A program made the translations under genes and the position numbers. This document shows positions 37,110 through 52,450 of a stretch of 64,000 bases of DNA, one piece after another. The stretch's first letter is position 1. Every line of letters begins with the position of its first letter. Source of the stretch: Rhizobium sp. Q54 (GTDB lineage: Bacteria > Pseudomonadota > Alphaproteobacteria > ATCC43930 > CGMCC-115725); contig CAMATN010000004.1 of the NCBI GenBank assembly GCA_945861155.1, positions 3,237 through 67,236 of the forward strand. The letters run 5' to 3'. Below the pieces are notes generated by a model that saw only the letters and a list, made by a program, of their open reading frames with translations, did not search any database and was not told the origin of the DNA.

Positions 37110-38171
37110 CTATCGAGCGGGGGGTGGAAACAGCGCGAAGCATTTGTCGGAGTTGAAGATGTAGCTCTCGACATAGTCGATGATGACCGGCTCGCGGCCC
37201 AATGCGTGCATCGCACCGCCGAGGCACACCCAGTTCAGGAATTCCTGCTGGCCGGCATCCTCGATCTCCGCGGTCGAGAGATCCCGCCAGCGGGAGAGCT
37301 TGCCCGAGCACAATTCGTCGAAGCGGGCGCGGTCGCTGGCATTGTCGGGATAGAGGTAGTGGTTTTTCGGGGTCAGGAAGGCGTGCGACCAGCTTGACGA
37401 GGCGACCAGCGCCACCCGCCACGGGCTGTCGGCCAGCATCCGCGCTACCGCTCCGCCGATATCGAAGCAACGCCCCGGGTTGGGACCCGGCGGATCGACC
37501 AAATTGGGGTCGGCCTCGCCCGTCAGATGCGCGGTGCTGCCGCGCTTGGCGATGACCGACGAGCCGTAGCAGTTCACATGGAACGGCACGACCGGGTACG
37601 GAAACCCCTTCCGATCGTAATCGAGGTAGAGGATCGTATTGATAAAGGCATGCGGCAGCCCGTTCTCGTAGCGCATGCGGTAGGCGTAGCTGACATCGTA
37701 ATCGGCCTTGATCAGGCCGGCCGCGATGGTCGAGGCGGCGGTATGATGGCCCTTGGTATGAAAGACCGTGTCCTTCCCTTCGCCCCAGACATTGGCGTTG
37801 GCTCCGGCATAGCGCGCGTAGGGGCGCGACTCGATGCCGTCCAGCGCGAACAGGCAGAACGACGGCACCCCGTCCTCGCGGAAATTCTCATACTGGTCGT
37901 CGCCCCAGATCAGCACGAAATCGGGGTCGAACGCGTCGAGCGCCTCGCGCACCTTGCGGAACCCGCCAACGAGGCGCCGGCGGTGCTCGGTCGCCGCGGC
38001 GAGCGGATCGGCCCATTCGCGGCGCATCGGTTCGGGCCAGCGCGCCGGGTCCTTCAGCGCCGCCGGCACCTGGTCGCTGTTCAGCGTGCGGTCGAGAAGT
38101 CCGGCCATCTGCTGGTCCGGCTGGATCAGTCCCGGATAATGCGTGACGCCGATACCGAGAATGTCGCCCAT
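37110..38171 (-). CDS. class III extradiol dioxygenase-fold (LigB family) protein
   Basis: MGDILGIGVTHYPGL… and DFVLIWGDDQYENF are typical of LigB-type subunits as I recall them. Confidence 0.6.
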   Translation of the reverse strand: MGDILGIGVTHYPGLIQPDQQMAGLLDRTLNSDQVPAALKDPARWPEPMRREWADPLAAATEHRRRLVGGFRKVREALDAFDPDFVLIWGDDQYENFREDGVPSFCLFALDGIESRPYARYAGANANVWGEGKDTVFHTKGHHTAASTIAAGLIKADYDVSYAYRMRYENGLPHAFINTILYLDYDRKGFPYPVVPFHVNCYGSSVIAKRGSTAHLTGEADPNLVDPPGPNPGRCFDIGGAVARMLADSPWRVALVASSSWSHAFLTPKNHYLYPDNASDRARFDELCSGKLSRWRDLSTAEIEDAGQQEFLNWVCLGGAMHALGREPVIIDYVESYIFNSDKCFALFPPPAR

Positions 38172-38344
38172 CGTGCCACTCCCTTGCTGGGCGGCGATCG
38201 GCCGCCAGTTTCAATGATTATACCAGATACCGCGCGCCTTTGTTATCTCGTCAAATCAGAACGGTCCGTTGAGAGTGGAAGCGGCTTGCTTAACCAGCCA
38301 CGTTTTTATATGTGACTATGGTAGATAACCATGGGCGGGCTGAG

Positions 38345-38593
38345 ATGGACAACGAGCTTCGCCGGATCACCGCGGCCGAGTTCAAGGCAAACTGCCTGCG
38401 GCTGATGGACGAGGTCGCGCAGCGGCGCACGCCAATCGTCATCACCAAGCGCGGGAAGCCGGTCGCCAAGCTGGTGCCGATAAACGAGGAGCCGATCGAC
38501 ATCTTCGGCCGCATGGCCGGAACGATAAAGATTTGCGGCGACATCATAGGCCCGCTCGATGTCGAGTGGACCGGCGATGCCGAGAACCTCTGA
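38345..38593 (+). CDS. Phd/YefM-family antitoxin
   Basis: ITAAEFKANCLRLMDEVAQRRTPIVITKRGKPVAKLVP. I chose the ATG at 38345; the ORF maximum starts at the GTG at 38312. Confidence 0.75.
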   Translation: MDNELRRITAAEFKANCLRLMDEVAQRRTPIVITKRGKPVAKLVPINEEPIDIFGRMAGTIKICGDIIGPLDVEWTGDAENL

Positions 38594-39014
38594 CGCACAA
38601 TCGCGGCCGCTTCTTCTCGACACTCACGTCTGGCTCTGGCTTGAAGCCGGCAGCGATGAGCTGTCTCCAGGCACTCGCGGCGCAATCAGCGGCGCGCTCG
38701 GCGCCGGTCTGCTCCGTATTGCGGCGATTTCGCTCTGGGAACTCGCATTATTGGCATCGCACGGGCGCGTCGTCTTGGGAAAGCCAACAAATCTGTGGCT
38801 CGAAGCGGCTTTGGCCGAGCCCGGTCCGGTCGTCGAACCGCTCAGCGCGCGCGTAGCGATCGAAACCTATGATTTACCAGGCGACTTTCATCGCGATCCG
38901 GCTGACCGAATGATCGTCGCGACCGCACGCGTGACCAACGCGATCTTGATGACGCGGGATCGGCAGATTTTGGCTTACTCCGAACTTGGCCACCTGACTG
39001 CAATAGCCGCGTGA
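38577..39014 (+). CDS. vapC: PIN-domain toxin (VapC family)
   Basis: LLLDTHVWLW…ISLWELALL…DPADRMIVATAR. It overlaps the antitoxin end by 17 nt. Confidence 0.75.
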   Translation: MPRTSDAQSRPLLLDTHVWLWLEAGSDELSPGTRGAISGALGAGLLRIAAISLWELALLASHGRVVLGKPTNLWLEAALAEPGPVVEPLSARVAIETYDLPGDFHRDPADRMIVATARVTNAILMTRDRQILAYSELGHLTAIAA

Positions 39015-39025
39015 CAACGCGCTAA

Positions 39026-40477
39026 TTACCGCGGCAGTTTGCTCGATCCCATCAGGAATTCGTCGATCGCGCGGGCGCATTGCCGGCCCTCGCGGATCGC
39101 CCAGACGACCAGCGACTGGCCGCGCCGCATGTCGCCAGCGGCGAAGATTTTCGGCGCGCTGGTGCGGTAGTCGAGCGTGTTGGCGGCGACGTTGCCGCGC
39201 GGGTCGAGCGTGACGGCGGCTTCCTCGACCATGCCAACGCGGCGCGGCCCGACAAACCCCATCGCCAGCAGCACCAGATCGGCCTTCAGCTCGAAATTGC
39301 TGTGCGGCATCTCCTGCATCGCCCAGCGCCCGTCCGGCCCCTGCTGCCACTCAACGCGGACGCATTCGAGCGCCGCGACGCGGCCGTCCCGCCCGAGGGC
39401 GCGCTTGGTCAACACCGCCCAGTCGCGCTCGCAACCTTCCTCCTGCGACGAGGAGGTACGCAGTTTCATTGGCCAGTCCGGCCAGACCAGCGCCTTGTTT
39501 TCGTGGTCAGGCGGCTTTGGCAGGATTTCGAGCTGGGTGATCGACAGCGCGCCCTGCCGGGTCGAGGTGCCGATGCAATCGCTGCCGGTGTCGCCGCCGC
39601 CGATCACGACGACGTGCTTACCGGAAGCGCTGATCGTGCCGCCCGGCGCGGCTGTTGCCTCGTCGTCGCCGGCGACGCGCTTGTTCTGCTGCGGCAGAAA
39701 ATCCATCGCGAAATGGATGCCGGCGAATTCGCGGCCGGACACTTCGAGGTCGCGCGGCAATTCGGCCCCACCGGTCATCGCCACCGCGTCGTATCGGTCG
39801 AGCAGTGCATCGACGCCGAGGGTCACGCCAATTTCGACCCCGGCGCGGAACGCGACGCCTTCCGCGCTCATCTGGTCGACCCGGCGGTCGATCAGCCCTT
39901 TCTCCATCTTGAAATCGGGGATGCCGTAGCGCAGCAATCCGCCGATGCGATCTGATTTCTCGAACAGGGTCACCCAATGCCCGGCGCGCGCCAATTGCTG
40001 GGCGCAGGCCATGCCGGCCGGCCCCGACCCGACCACCGCGACCCGCCTGCCGGTGCGGTGCGCCGGGATCTGGGGCGCGATCCAGCCCTCCGCCCAGCCG
40101 CGATCGACCACGGCGCATTCGATGGTTTTGATCGTCACCGGGTTGTCGTCGATGTTGAGGGTGCACGCCGCCTCGCACGGCGCCGGGCAGATCCGGCCGG
40201 TGAATTCGGGAAAGTTGTTGGTCGAGTGCAGCATGACCAGGGCTTGGCGCCACTGGTCGCGATACACCAGATTGTTCCAGTCCGGGATCAGATTGTTGAC
40301 CGGGCAGCCGTCATGGCAAAACGGGATGCCGCAATCCATGCAGCGCGACGCCTGGGCGCGCAGCGTCGGGTCGGGCAGCGGGCGCACGAACTCAGCCCAG
40401 CTTTTCTTTCGCGCCGCCGGCTTCTCATAGCCGCGCTCGACCCTCTCGACCTCCAGAAACCCGGTCGGCTTGCCCAT
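39026..40477 (-). CDS. gltD: glutamate synthase small subunit
   Basis: [13 protein letters not shown]…CMDCGIPFC…CPVNN…[22 protein letters not shown]. The 732-aa ORF is an artefactual extension. Confidence 0.95.
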   Translation of the reverse strand: MGKPTGFLEVERVERGYEKPAARKKSWAEFVRPLPDPTLRAQASRCMDCGIPFCHDGCPVNNLIPDWNNLVYRDQWRQALVMLHSTNNFPEFTGRICPAPCEAACTLNIDDNPVTIKTIECAVVDRGWAEGWIAPQIPAHRTGRRVAVVGSGPAGMACAQQLARAGHWVTLFEKSDRIGGLLRYGIPDFKMEKGLIDRRVDQMSAEGVAFRAGVEIGVTLGVDALLDRYDAVAMTGGAELPRDLEVSGREFAGIHFAMDFLPQQNKRVAGDDEATAAPGGTISASGKHVVVIGGGDTGSDCIGTSTRQGALSITQLEILPKPPDHENKALVWPDWPMKLRTSSSQEEGCERDWAVLTKRALGRDGRVAALECVRVEWQQGPDGRWAMQEMPHSNFELKADLVLLAMGFVGPRRVGMVEEAAVTLDPRGNVAANTLDYRTSAPKIFAAGDMRRGQSLVVWAIREGRQCARAIDEFLMGSSKLPR

Positions 40478-40651
40478 GCTTGCGCCCTTAAACCCGGCCC
40501 GGCCGAGGGTGGTCAACATTACTGACTTATATCGAACAGCCCCGCCGGATGCCAAGCAACGATAACGCAACGGGCCGCGGCAGGCAGCGGCTTTCGGCCC
40601 GCTTTGTTGATATTGCTCGCGGCCCATCAACAGATGTGTTGATATATCGCG

Positions 40652-40849
40652 ATGACCAGCCGCGAGGTTCTTCGCCGCCTTCGCCGTTTCGGGGCCGAGA
40701 TCGTCCCCGGGCGCGGCAAGGGCGGTCACGTGCTCGTGCTGCTCGACGGGCGGCGCACTGTGGTGCCGACCGGATCCGGCGAACTGCCGCCGGGTACGCT
40801 CGCCACGATCCGACGGCAGCTTGGGCTGAACCGCGACCAATTGCCTTGA
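40652..40849 (+). CDS. hicA: HicA-family mRNA interferase toxin
   Basis: 65 aa: [27 protein letters not shown]…TVVP. Confidence 0.8.
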   Translation: MTSREVLRRLRRFGAEIVPGRGKGGHVLVLLDGRRTVVPTGSGELPPGTLATIRRQLGLNRDQLP

Positions 40850-40861
40850 GAGGAGGCCCCG

Positions 40862-41302
40862 ATGCAAAAGATCCCCGCCGATTCGGCTTATCCCGCCCGG
40901 CTCGCTGCTGAGCCTGAAGGCGGCTTCACGGTGACCTTTCCCGATTTCGAGTTCGGCGTGACCTACGGCGCGACCCGCGAGGAGGCGTTGCGTCAGGCCG
41001 CCGATCTGTTGGAGACGATCGTCGCCAATTGCCTGGCCGAAGGCTGGGACGTGCCCCTGCCCTCGCCGGCCAGGGGCCGCCCGCTCGTCCCGCTCGAACC
41101 GCTCGTCGCGGTCAAGGTCGAGCTTTATCGCGCGCTGCGCGCCGCCGGGATCACCAAGGCCGAGCTGGCGCGCCGCATCGGGATCGCGCCGCAGCAGGTA
41201 CAGCGGCTGTTCGACACCAACCACGCCTCGCGCCTCGACCAGCTCGCCGCCGCCTTCGCCGCGCTCGGCCGCCGCTTGGTGATCGGCAGCGAAGCGGCAT
41301 GA
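40862..41302 (+). CDS. hicB: HicB-family antitoxin with a C-terminal HTH
   Basis: [32 protein letters not shown]… followed by [21 protein letters not shown]. Confidence 0.8.
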   Translation: MQKIPADSAYPARLAAEPEGGFTVTFPDFEFGVTYGATREEALRQAADLLETIVANCLAEGWDVPLPSPARGRPLVPLEPLVAVKVELYRALRAAGITKAELARRIGIAPQQVQRLFDTNHASRLDQLAAAFAALGRRLVIGSEAA

Positions 41303-41314
41303 ACTCGCGCCGCC

Positions 41315-42294
41315 TCACTCGATGACCTCGTCGGCGCGGGCGAGCAGCGCTTGCGGCACGGTGAGCCCGAGCGCCTTGGCGGTATTGAGATTGATCACCA
41401 GCTCGAAACGGGTCGGCTGCTCGACCGGCAGATCGGCCGGCTTGGCGCCCTTGAGGATCCTTCCGGCGTAAATGCCGAGCTGGCGAAAGACAGACGTGAA
41501 ACTCGCTCCGTAGCTGATCAGGCCGCCGGTCGCGGGGAACTCGCGCCCCTGATAGATTGCCGGAACGGCATGGCGTGATGCCAGCGCCACGAGCAACTCG
41601 CGCCGGCTGTTGAAGAACGGATCACTGCCGACGAGGAGCGCGCCGGCTTGCAATTGGACGAGGGTCGCGAAAGCGGCGTCGATCTCGCTTTCGGTGCTGG
41701 CCTCCAGGATATGGATCTGCACCCCCTTCGAGCGCGCCGCTTCCTGCACGTCTGGAATGACGCGCGCAGTCTCTGGAAGGTTCGGGTTCACCAGCAGGGC
41801 GATCACCTTGGCCTGGGGAACCAGTTCGGACAGCAGTTCGAGCCGCTTGGGATACAGCTCGACGACCAGGAAGCTGACCCCTGTGAGATTGCCGCCCGGC
41901 CGGGCAAGACTGGCGACCAGCCCGGTCGCGACCGGGTCGTCGCCGCTGGCGAAGACGATCGGGATCGTCGAGGTCGCGCTTTTCGCCGCTCGCGCCGAAG
42001 GGGGGCCGCCGCTCGCCACGATCAGGTCTACCTTGCGGCTGACGAGGTCGGTGGCCAAGGCGGGCAGTCGATCATAGCTTCCCTCCGCCCAGCGGTATTC
42101 GATCGAGACGTTTTGACCCTCGACGTAGCCGGTTTCGCTCAGCCCCTGGCGGAACGCGACCACATTCGGTGCAGACGGGCCGGGCAAAGAGCCGCTGAGG
42201 TAGCCGATCACCGGCATCGCCTTCTGCTGCGCGCGGCCTGCGAGCGGCCAGGCAGCCGCCACCCCGCCGACGAGCGCTACGAAGGCGCGGCGGT

Positions 42295-42298
<4 letters not shown>
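41315..42298 (-). CDS. ABC transporter substrate-binding protein (ABC_sub_bind / PF04392-like)
   Basis: [10 protein letters not shown]…[12 protein letters not shown]…[12 protein letters not shown]…NLTGVS…[18 protein letters not shown]…ADEVIE. The GTG start overlaps the gltB stop (GTGA). Confidence 0.8.
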
Positions 42299-46959
<4,661 letters not shown>

Positions 46960-47132
46960 CCGGGGTAGCTCTTTTTTTGCATGTTGGACGGGGACGCGAC
47001 GCCCCTGCGCGCACCGCGAGTCGCGGAGCGCCGTATCGCCAGTATGCATGAGTTAATTTGCGAACGCGAATCGAGCCTGCGAAATCCGGGCCGTTTTCTG
47101 TTGGGGATCGAGCGGTTTTGTTGGGTTTTCGA

Positions 47133-47648
47133 TCAGATCGAGCGCCGCGAAATTGTCGCAGCCACCTCCGGGGGCTGTCGCAGCGTCTGCAAGACGACGC
47201 AATAGCGCTCGGTCAGCTTAAGGAGGGTGTCAACTCGCTCCGGCGGCTCGTCGGTGTCGAGATCGAAAGCGAGGCGGATCGCGCCAAAGCCGACCGGCGC
47301 GGTGCGCTCGACCCCGAGAGTGCCGCGGAAATCGAGGTCGCCCTCGGCGCGGACATGGCCGCCTCGCAAGCGGAATTCGAGCGCCGTCGCGACCGCCTTC
47401 AGCGTGACCCCGGCGCAGGCGACGAGCGCCTCCAGCAGCATGTCGCCCGAGCACGCCTCCAGCCCGCTGCCGCCGGTCGCCGGGTGCAGCCCGGCCTCGA
47501 TCAGCGCGCGCCCGGTCGCGACCTTGCACGCGATCCCGTCCGCCGCGAGATCGCCCTGCGCCGTCAACGTGACCAGCGCGGCGTCAGCGCTCTCGCGGTA
47601 TTTCGCCTTGAGCGGCGCCTGCACCTCGCGCAATGCCGTCGCATCCAT
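47133..47648 (-). CDS. OsmC/Ohr-family protein
   Basis: …GLHPATGGSGLEACSGDMLLEALVACAG… and CVVLQTL. Confidence 0.7.
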   Translation of the reverse strand: MDATALREVQAPLKAKYRESADAALVTLTAQGDLAADGIACKVATGRALIEAGLHPATGGSGLEACSGDMLLEALVACAGVTLKAVATALEFRLRGGHVRAEGDLDFRGTLGVERTAPVGFGAIRLAFDLDTDEPPERVDTLLKLTERYCVVLQTLRQPPEVAATISRRSI

Positions 47649-47671
47649 GTCATTACCTCTCCGCGCCACCC

Positions 47672-47738
47672 CTTGTCATACCGCCGAAAGCCGGTATCCA
47701 TGACGGCAATGGATACCGGCTTTCGCCGGTATGACAAG
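47672..47738. repeat. MITE-like palindromic repeat, copy 3 (short form)
   Basis: CTTGTCATACCGCCGAAAGCCGGTATCCAT / ATGGATACCGGCTTTCGCCGGTATGACAAG: 30-nt arms with 1 mismatch. Confidence 0.8.
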
Positions 47739-47813
47739 AAGGGAACGGCGCACCCCTCCGGTATTGAAGCCTGGTAAGCTCAACGAAGATGCATGGAATA
47801 AAAGGAAACGCCA

Positions 47814-48974
47814 ATGGGACCGCTTGAAGGGGTCAGGATCGTCGAACTGGCTGGGATCGGCCCTGCGCCGTTTTGCGCGATGCTGCTGTCGGACATGGGC
47901 GCCGAGGTGATCCGGGTCGATCGCGCCGCCAATGTCGGGCGCGACGTCGGCCGCGAGGGTGAGGACCCCCGCTTTGCCCTCCTACAGCGCGGCCGTCGCA
48001 ACATCGCGGTCGACCTGAAAAACCCGGCCGGGGTCGAGGCGGCGTTGCGCCTCATTGACCGGGCCGACGCGCTGATCGAGGGCTTTCGCCCCGGGGTCAT
48101 GGAACGGCTCGGCCTCGGCCCCGAGATCTGTCGCCCGCGCAACCCGAAACTCGTCTATGGCCGGATGACCGGCTGGGGCCAGGACGGGCCGATCGCGCAC
48201 ACCGCCGGGCACGACATCAACTACATCGCGTTGTCGGGCGCGCTCTATTCGATCGGGCCGGCAGGCGGGCCACCGGTGCCCCCCCTCAACCTGATCGGCG
48301 ATTTCGGCGGCGGGGCGCTGTATCTTGCGATGGGGGTGCTGGCCGGCATCGTCAGCGCCCGCACGAGCGGCCAGGGCCAGGTCATCGACTGCTCGATGGT
48401 CGAGGGCTCAGCCTCGCTGATGATGATGATGTACGGCGCGCTCGCCGCCGGCGCCTGGAACGAGAAACGCGGCAGTAACCGCACCGATGGCGGCGCGCAT
48501 TACTACCAGGTCTACGAGACCCGTGACGGCGAGCATGTCGCGATCGGCTCGATCGAGCCGCAATTTTATGCGCTGCTGCTGCAGCATACCGGGCTCGAGG
48601 GCGAGCGGGTGCCGGAGCAGACCAACCGCAGCACTTGGCCCGACATGCAGCAGCGCCTCGCGCGCATCTTCAAAGAAAAGACCCGCGCCGAATGGACCCA
48701 GATCATGGAGCAGACCGACATCTGCTTTGCGCCGGTGCTGCGCATGTCGGAAGCGATGGACCACCCGCACAACCGCCACCGCGGGAGCTTCGTCGAAGTT
48801 GCCGGCATCGCGCAGCCGGGACCGGCGCCACGCTTCCTCGGCACCCCGACACGGGTGCAATCCCCGCCGGCCCGGATCGGCGAGCACACCGATGCGATCC
48901 TCAAGGATTGGGGCTTTTCCGGGGACGAGGTCGCGGGCTTGCACCGCGCCGGCGCGGTGGCGTCTGCGACGTGA
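47814..48974 (+). CDS. family-III CoA-transferase, alpha-methylacyl-CoA racemase-like
   Basis: GVRIVELAGIGPAPFCAMLLSDMGAEVIRVDR…GHDINYIALSGAL. Confidence 0.8.
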   Translation: MGPLEGVRIVELAGIGPAPFCAMLLSDMGAEVIRVDRAANVGRDVGREGEDPRFALLQRGRRNIAVDLKNPAGVEAALRLIDRADALIEGFRPGVMERLGLGPEICRPRNPKLVYGRMTGWGQDGPIAHTAGHDINYIALSGALYSIGPAGGPPVPPLNLIGDFGGGALYLAMGVLAGIVSARTSGQGQVIDCSMVEGSASLMMMMYGALAAGAWNEKRGSNRTDGGAHYYQVYETRDGEHVAIGSIEPQFYALLLQHTGLEGERVPEQTNRSTWPDMQQRLARIFKEKTRAEWTQIMEQTDICFAPVLRMSEAMDHPHNRHRGSFVEVAGIAQPGPAPRFLGTPTRVQSPPARIGEHTDAILKDWGFSGDEVAGLHRAGAVASAT

Positions 48975-49075
48975 GCCGACATCGTCGGCGAACGGTTCAG
49001 CGCGCGTGACCTGTTGATCCCGGTCGGGAGTTTCCAATACGATCGCCCATCCACCCGAAGGAGGAAGCGAGAGAC

Positions 49076-49276
49076 ATGACGAAATTTAGCTGCACGATGA
49101 CTTCCGGTAGTTATTTATATTATGTTACGTTGGTTGCGGAAGATGAAAATCAGGCAAGGGAAATGGCCTTTGCCGAGACAAAGAGAAATCGTCTAACGGA
49201 CTGGAGCGTTGCAGTTCTTGAAGCCGGGGTGCCGGGACCGGCGCAACTCCTGGCCAGCGGCTCCCGGGAGTTGTGA
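49076..49276 (+). CDS. hypothetical 66-aa protein in a small AT-rich pocket
   Basis: The ATG follows GGAGGAAGCGAGAG. Locally low GC. No motif recognised. Confidence 0.35.
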   Translation: MTKFSCTMTSGSYLYYVTLVAEDENQAREMAFAETKRNRLTDWSVAVLEAGVPGPAQLLASGSREL

Positions 49277-49334
49277 CGCAGGGTCGACAATTTTCGCGCT
49301 GCTTGATCGCTCCGACGGCTCATTCCCCGGTGCT

Positions 49335-50045
49335 CTAGAAATTTTCGATCCACGGGCGCAGTTCGATTTCCCAAGCCCAGGCGCTGCGGGGTTGCCGGTG
49401 CAACTGCAGATAGGTCTCGGCGATCGCGTCGGGATCGAGAAGGCCGTCCGGGCCGCGCTCGTTGGCGCGCGGGTCGCCGGCGCGGCCGATGCCGCCGTCG
49501 ATGACGATATGCCCGACATGGATGTTCTGCGGCTGCAGTTCGCGTGCCAAGCTTTGCGCCAGCCCGCGCAAGGCAAATTTGCCCATCGCGAACGAGGACG
49601 AGCGCGGATAGCCCTTGACGCTGGCGCTGGCGCCGGTGAACAGGATCGTGCCGCTTCCCTGGCGCACCATGCGTAGCGCCGCCTGCTGCGCCACCAGAAA
49701 GCCGCCAAAGGCGGTGACCCTGATCGCCGCGTCGACCGCCGCCGGATCGAGCTCGGTCACCGGGCCGCGCGCGCGCCCGCTGGCATTATAGACGACAAGG
49801 TCGAGGCGATCGGCGCCGGCGCCGCCCCCGGCATCGAGTGCGGCGAATAGACGCTCGACCTCCTCGGCGCGGCTGGCGTCGCAAGCGATCGTCACCGCCC
49901 CGGTTTCCTCCGCCAAGGCGGCGAGCTTTGTCGTGTCGCGCGCCGCCAATACAACCGACATTCCCTCGCGGGCGCAGCGACGCGCCAAGGCCGCGCTCAG
50001 CCCCGCCCCCGCACCGACGATCAACGCGCGCTCGCCTGCCGCCAT
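49335..50045 (-). CDS. SDR-family oxidoreductase
   Basis: LIVGAGAGLSAALARR (TGxxxGxG-like). Rossmann layout, 236 aa. Confidence 0.8.
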   Translation of the reverse strand: MAAGERALIVGAGAGLSAALARRCAREGMSVVLAARDTTKLAALAEETGAVTIACDASRAEEVERLFAALDAGGGAGADRLDLVVYNASGRARGPVTELDPAAVDAAIRVTAFGGFLVAQQAALRMVRQGSGTILFTGASASVKGYPRSSSFAMGKFALRGLAQSLARELQPQNIHVGHIVIDGGIGRAGDPRANERGPDGLLDPDAIAETYLQLHRQPRSAWAWEIELRPWIENF

Positions 50046-50589
50046 AGGAGATCTCCTGTAAACCCGGTTCGGTTATCGCGCAAATCCATCGTGCGATGCC
50101 AGGCTTAAAAAGCCGGGCGACCGGTCGAGACGGCATGGCGCTGTGCAGCTCTATCCGCCACCTGTGGTCGCGACCGCAAGATGTGCCGCCGCCAGCACGC
50201 CCGTCCCCAACAAATTGTTTTACCGAGCCTCTATTGGTCCTGCCGTGCCGCTGTATATGCGGAAGCCATGAAAGGCGATTTGTGGATATACTTGCGGCTC
50301 AAGAATTAGGCTGCGTGATCATTTTCTGAACCGTACCAGGATAGAATTATCTGATGACAAGCAAAGATTATTTTCTGACTTGAACCCGTTGCGGCATTTC
50401 ATGCAGGTATGGGTTGACAATCTGTCGAGTAGCTCATTAGGCTGGCTCTGCATTTTCCCCTGTCCAACCCGGGCGCCCCCCCTTGCCATAGACCCGGGCC
50501 GGCAACCGCAAACCGCCCTTCTCTCGCCACAGACGGCGCCCGTCCGGGCGACCGATCATGGCGCATTCCCGCTAACCACATGGAGATTC

Positions 50590-51405
50590 ATGCGGATGAG
50601 GATGCGAAAGACGATCGGCCTGTCTTTTGTGCTGCTAGTCGCGTCGACCGCGGCAATCGCCCAGCAGGCCCAGTCGCCCCCGCACCAGCCGGGGCCCGCC
50701 ATCAAGGCAAAACCCGCAAAGATCGCACCGGCGGCCAACAAGTCCAACAAGGACACCGCCGAGCGTTACCGCGCCGGCGCGGCGGGACGCTCCGAGCGCT
50801 CGGAGAGCCGCCGAACTGGGCCTGAGCCACAATACGCTGGCGCGAGCGCGCCAGCCGATCAATACCTCGGCCAAATGCGAGCGACCGGCCAACGCGAAAT
50901 CGGCTCGGCCGCATGGTATGGCGGCCGCCATATTGGGCGGCGCACCGCGAGCGGCGATTTGCTCGACGCGGTTCGTCCGACCGCGGCGCACCGTACCCTG
51001 CCGCTGCACTCGCTGGTGCGCGTGACGAATTTGAGCAATGGGCGCTCGGTTATCGTGAAGATCACCGATCGTGGCCCGGTCAGCAGGTCCCTGATAATCG
51101 ATGTGTCGCCCAGGGTCGCCGACGATCTCGACATGAGGCGCGCCGGAATCGCGAGGGTCGCCATCGAGCCGGTTGCCCCGGCGACGAACCCGGCGCTTCA
51201 ATCCGCGGCCGCGCTCCCGCAATATCAACCCCCGCAATATCAACAACCCGTGGCGGCCCCATCGTCTCAGGCCGCGGCGGCGATCCAGCCATCGTCGGCC
51301 AGGCCGGCCCCGTTGCCGTATCAAGCCCTGGCGGCAACCCCGGCTCATCAGGCCGCGGCAGCATCGCTGCCATATCAGGCCCACGCGGCGACCTCGCCGC
51401 GTTAG
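50590..51405 (+). CDS. rlpA: RlpA-family septal ring lytic transglycosylase-like lipoprotein
   Basis: DPBB domain GSAAWYGGRHIGRRTASGDLL…TAAHRTLPLHSLVRVTNLSNGRSVIVKITDRGP. Signal peptide present. Pro/Gln/Ala-rich tail. Confidence 0.8.
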   Translation: MRMRMRKTIGLSFVLLVASTAAIAQQAQSPPHQPGPAIKAKPAKIAPAANKSNKDTAERYRAGAAGRSERSESRRTGPEPQYAGASAPADQYLGQMRATGQREIGSAAWYGGRHIGRRTASGDLLDAVRPTAAHRTLPLHSLVRVTNLSNGRSVIVKITDRGPVSRSLIIDVSPRVADDLDMRRAGIARVAIEPVAPATNPALQSAAALPQYQPPQYQQPVAAPSSQAAAAIQPSSARPAPLPYQALAATPAHQAAAASLPYQAHAATSPR

Positions 51406-51740
51406 CCAAGGCAGGCCCCCTGCCGATCTGACGAAACCGTCGGTTTCATGGCTGTCCCCTTTTTGCCACTGTTGCCGAAACGGCACAATGGATGCGAAAA
51501 GCCGGCATAGACGCCGGCCTCAATTGACTCCGAATCGACGCTCGATTGTAGTCTCCGGGTCGTGCCTGCCCACGGACTGTATCGACCCGGAATTCGTAAA
51601 GTAGTCGTCAACAATCAACTCCTTCGGTTCGCTTGGCTGCCGGTCGCGGCGCAGGAATGGGGACGCTCGGCCACTATTGGTCGAGGGCGAGGACGATGGG
51701 GACAATTCCCGCCTCTTGGCGGGTTCGATTTGGGGGCAAC

Positions 51741-52202
51741 GTGTCTGAGACGACCAACGTCATACCGTTTCCGTTGATGGTTCGAACGAGACGGTCGACA
51801 GCGAATTGCATGCCGTATTCGGGGCCCGGCGAATACGAGTTCACCGAGAGAGAGTTGGGGGCGCTGTGCCGCTGGTTTTCGGCGATGAAATACGCGTTCC
51901 CCGGCACCGAGGGGGTGATGATCGTCAGTCACCAGGAGGGCTATTCGGCCGTCGGCCTCTATAACCCGGCGGGGGGCGCGCCGAACTGTCTCGTCGCCAA
52001 GCACGAGGCAGGAGGGATCACCCGGTTTTTCTGGTCGACCGAAGGCGACCCGCCGCAAGTCATCAATAATCTGGCCGAGATCACCGACGCGCATATCCGC
52101 GCGATCGAGCCGCCGGGCAATGAAAAGGGCTGGCTCGACCCGACCGGCTGGATGGGGGTTTACGCTGCGCGGATGATCGCGACCGCCGTACAAGTGGTCT
52201 GA
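51741..52202 (+). CDS. hypothetical protein
   Basis: ORF 51633..52202. I prefer the GTG at 51741 (VSETTNVIPFP…) after GGGGG. No family recognised. Confidence 0.35.
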   Translation: MSETTNVIPFPLMVRTRRSTANCMPYSGPGEYEFTERELGALCRWFSAMKYAFPGTEGVMIVSHQEGYSAVGLYNPAGGAPNCLVAKHEAGGITRFFWSTEGDPPQVINNLAEITDAHIRAIEPPGNEKGWLDPTGWMGVYAARMIATAVQVV

Positions 52203-52450
52203 CGACACAAGTGGTTTGACTACCTGCGGTCGAACCGGCACGGTAGCGACCGCGGCGGCCGGTTGAGCGCGGCCGCCGCTTCGACGGGACCATGGCCGCG
52301 CCGGCGCAGCGGAGGAACCTCGCCACACCAAACCCGACTGGCCAGCGATAGCCGGAAACACGCTCCATGTTGGAGTGTTATCCGACGCTCGGTCACGTGG
52401 GTCTTTGTCCAACGCACGCAACCACAGCGCTTAACCAGAGTCGGGGGGCG

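Noticed and set aside
39026-41224. 732-aa version of the gltD ORF
   Set aside because: The region upstream of [13 protein letters not shown] (40477) is antisense to hicA/hicB and has no GltD similarity. The canonical GltD N-terminus fixes the start.
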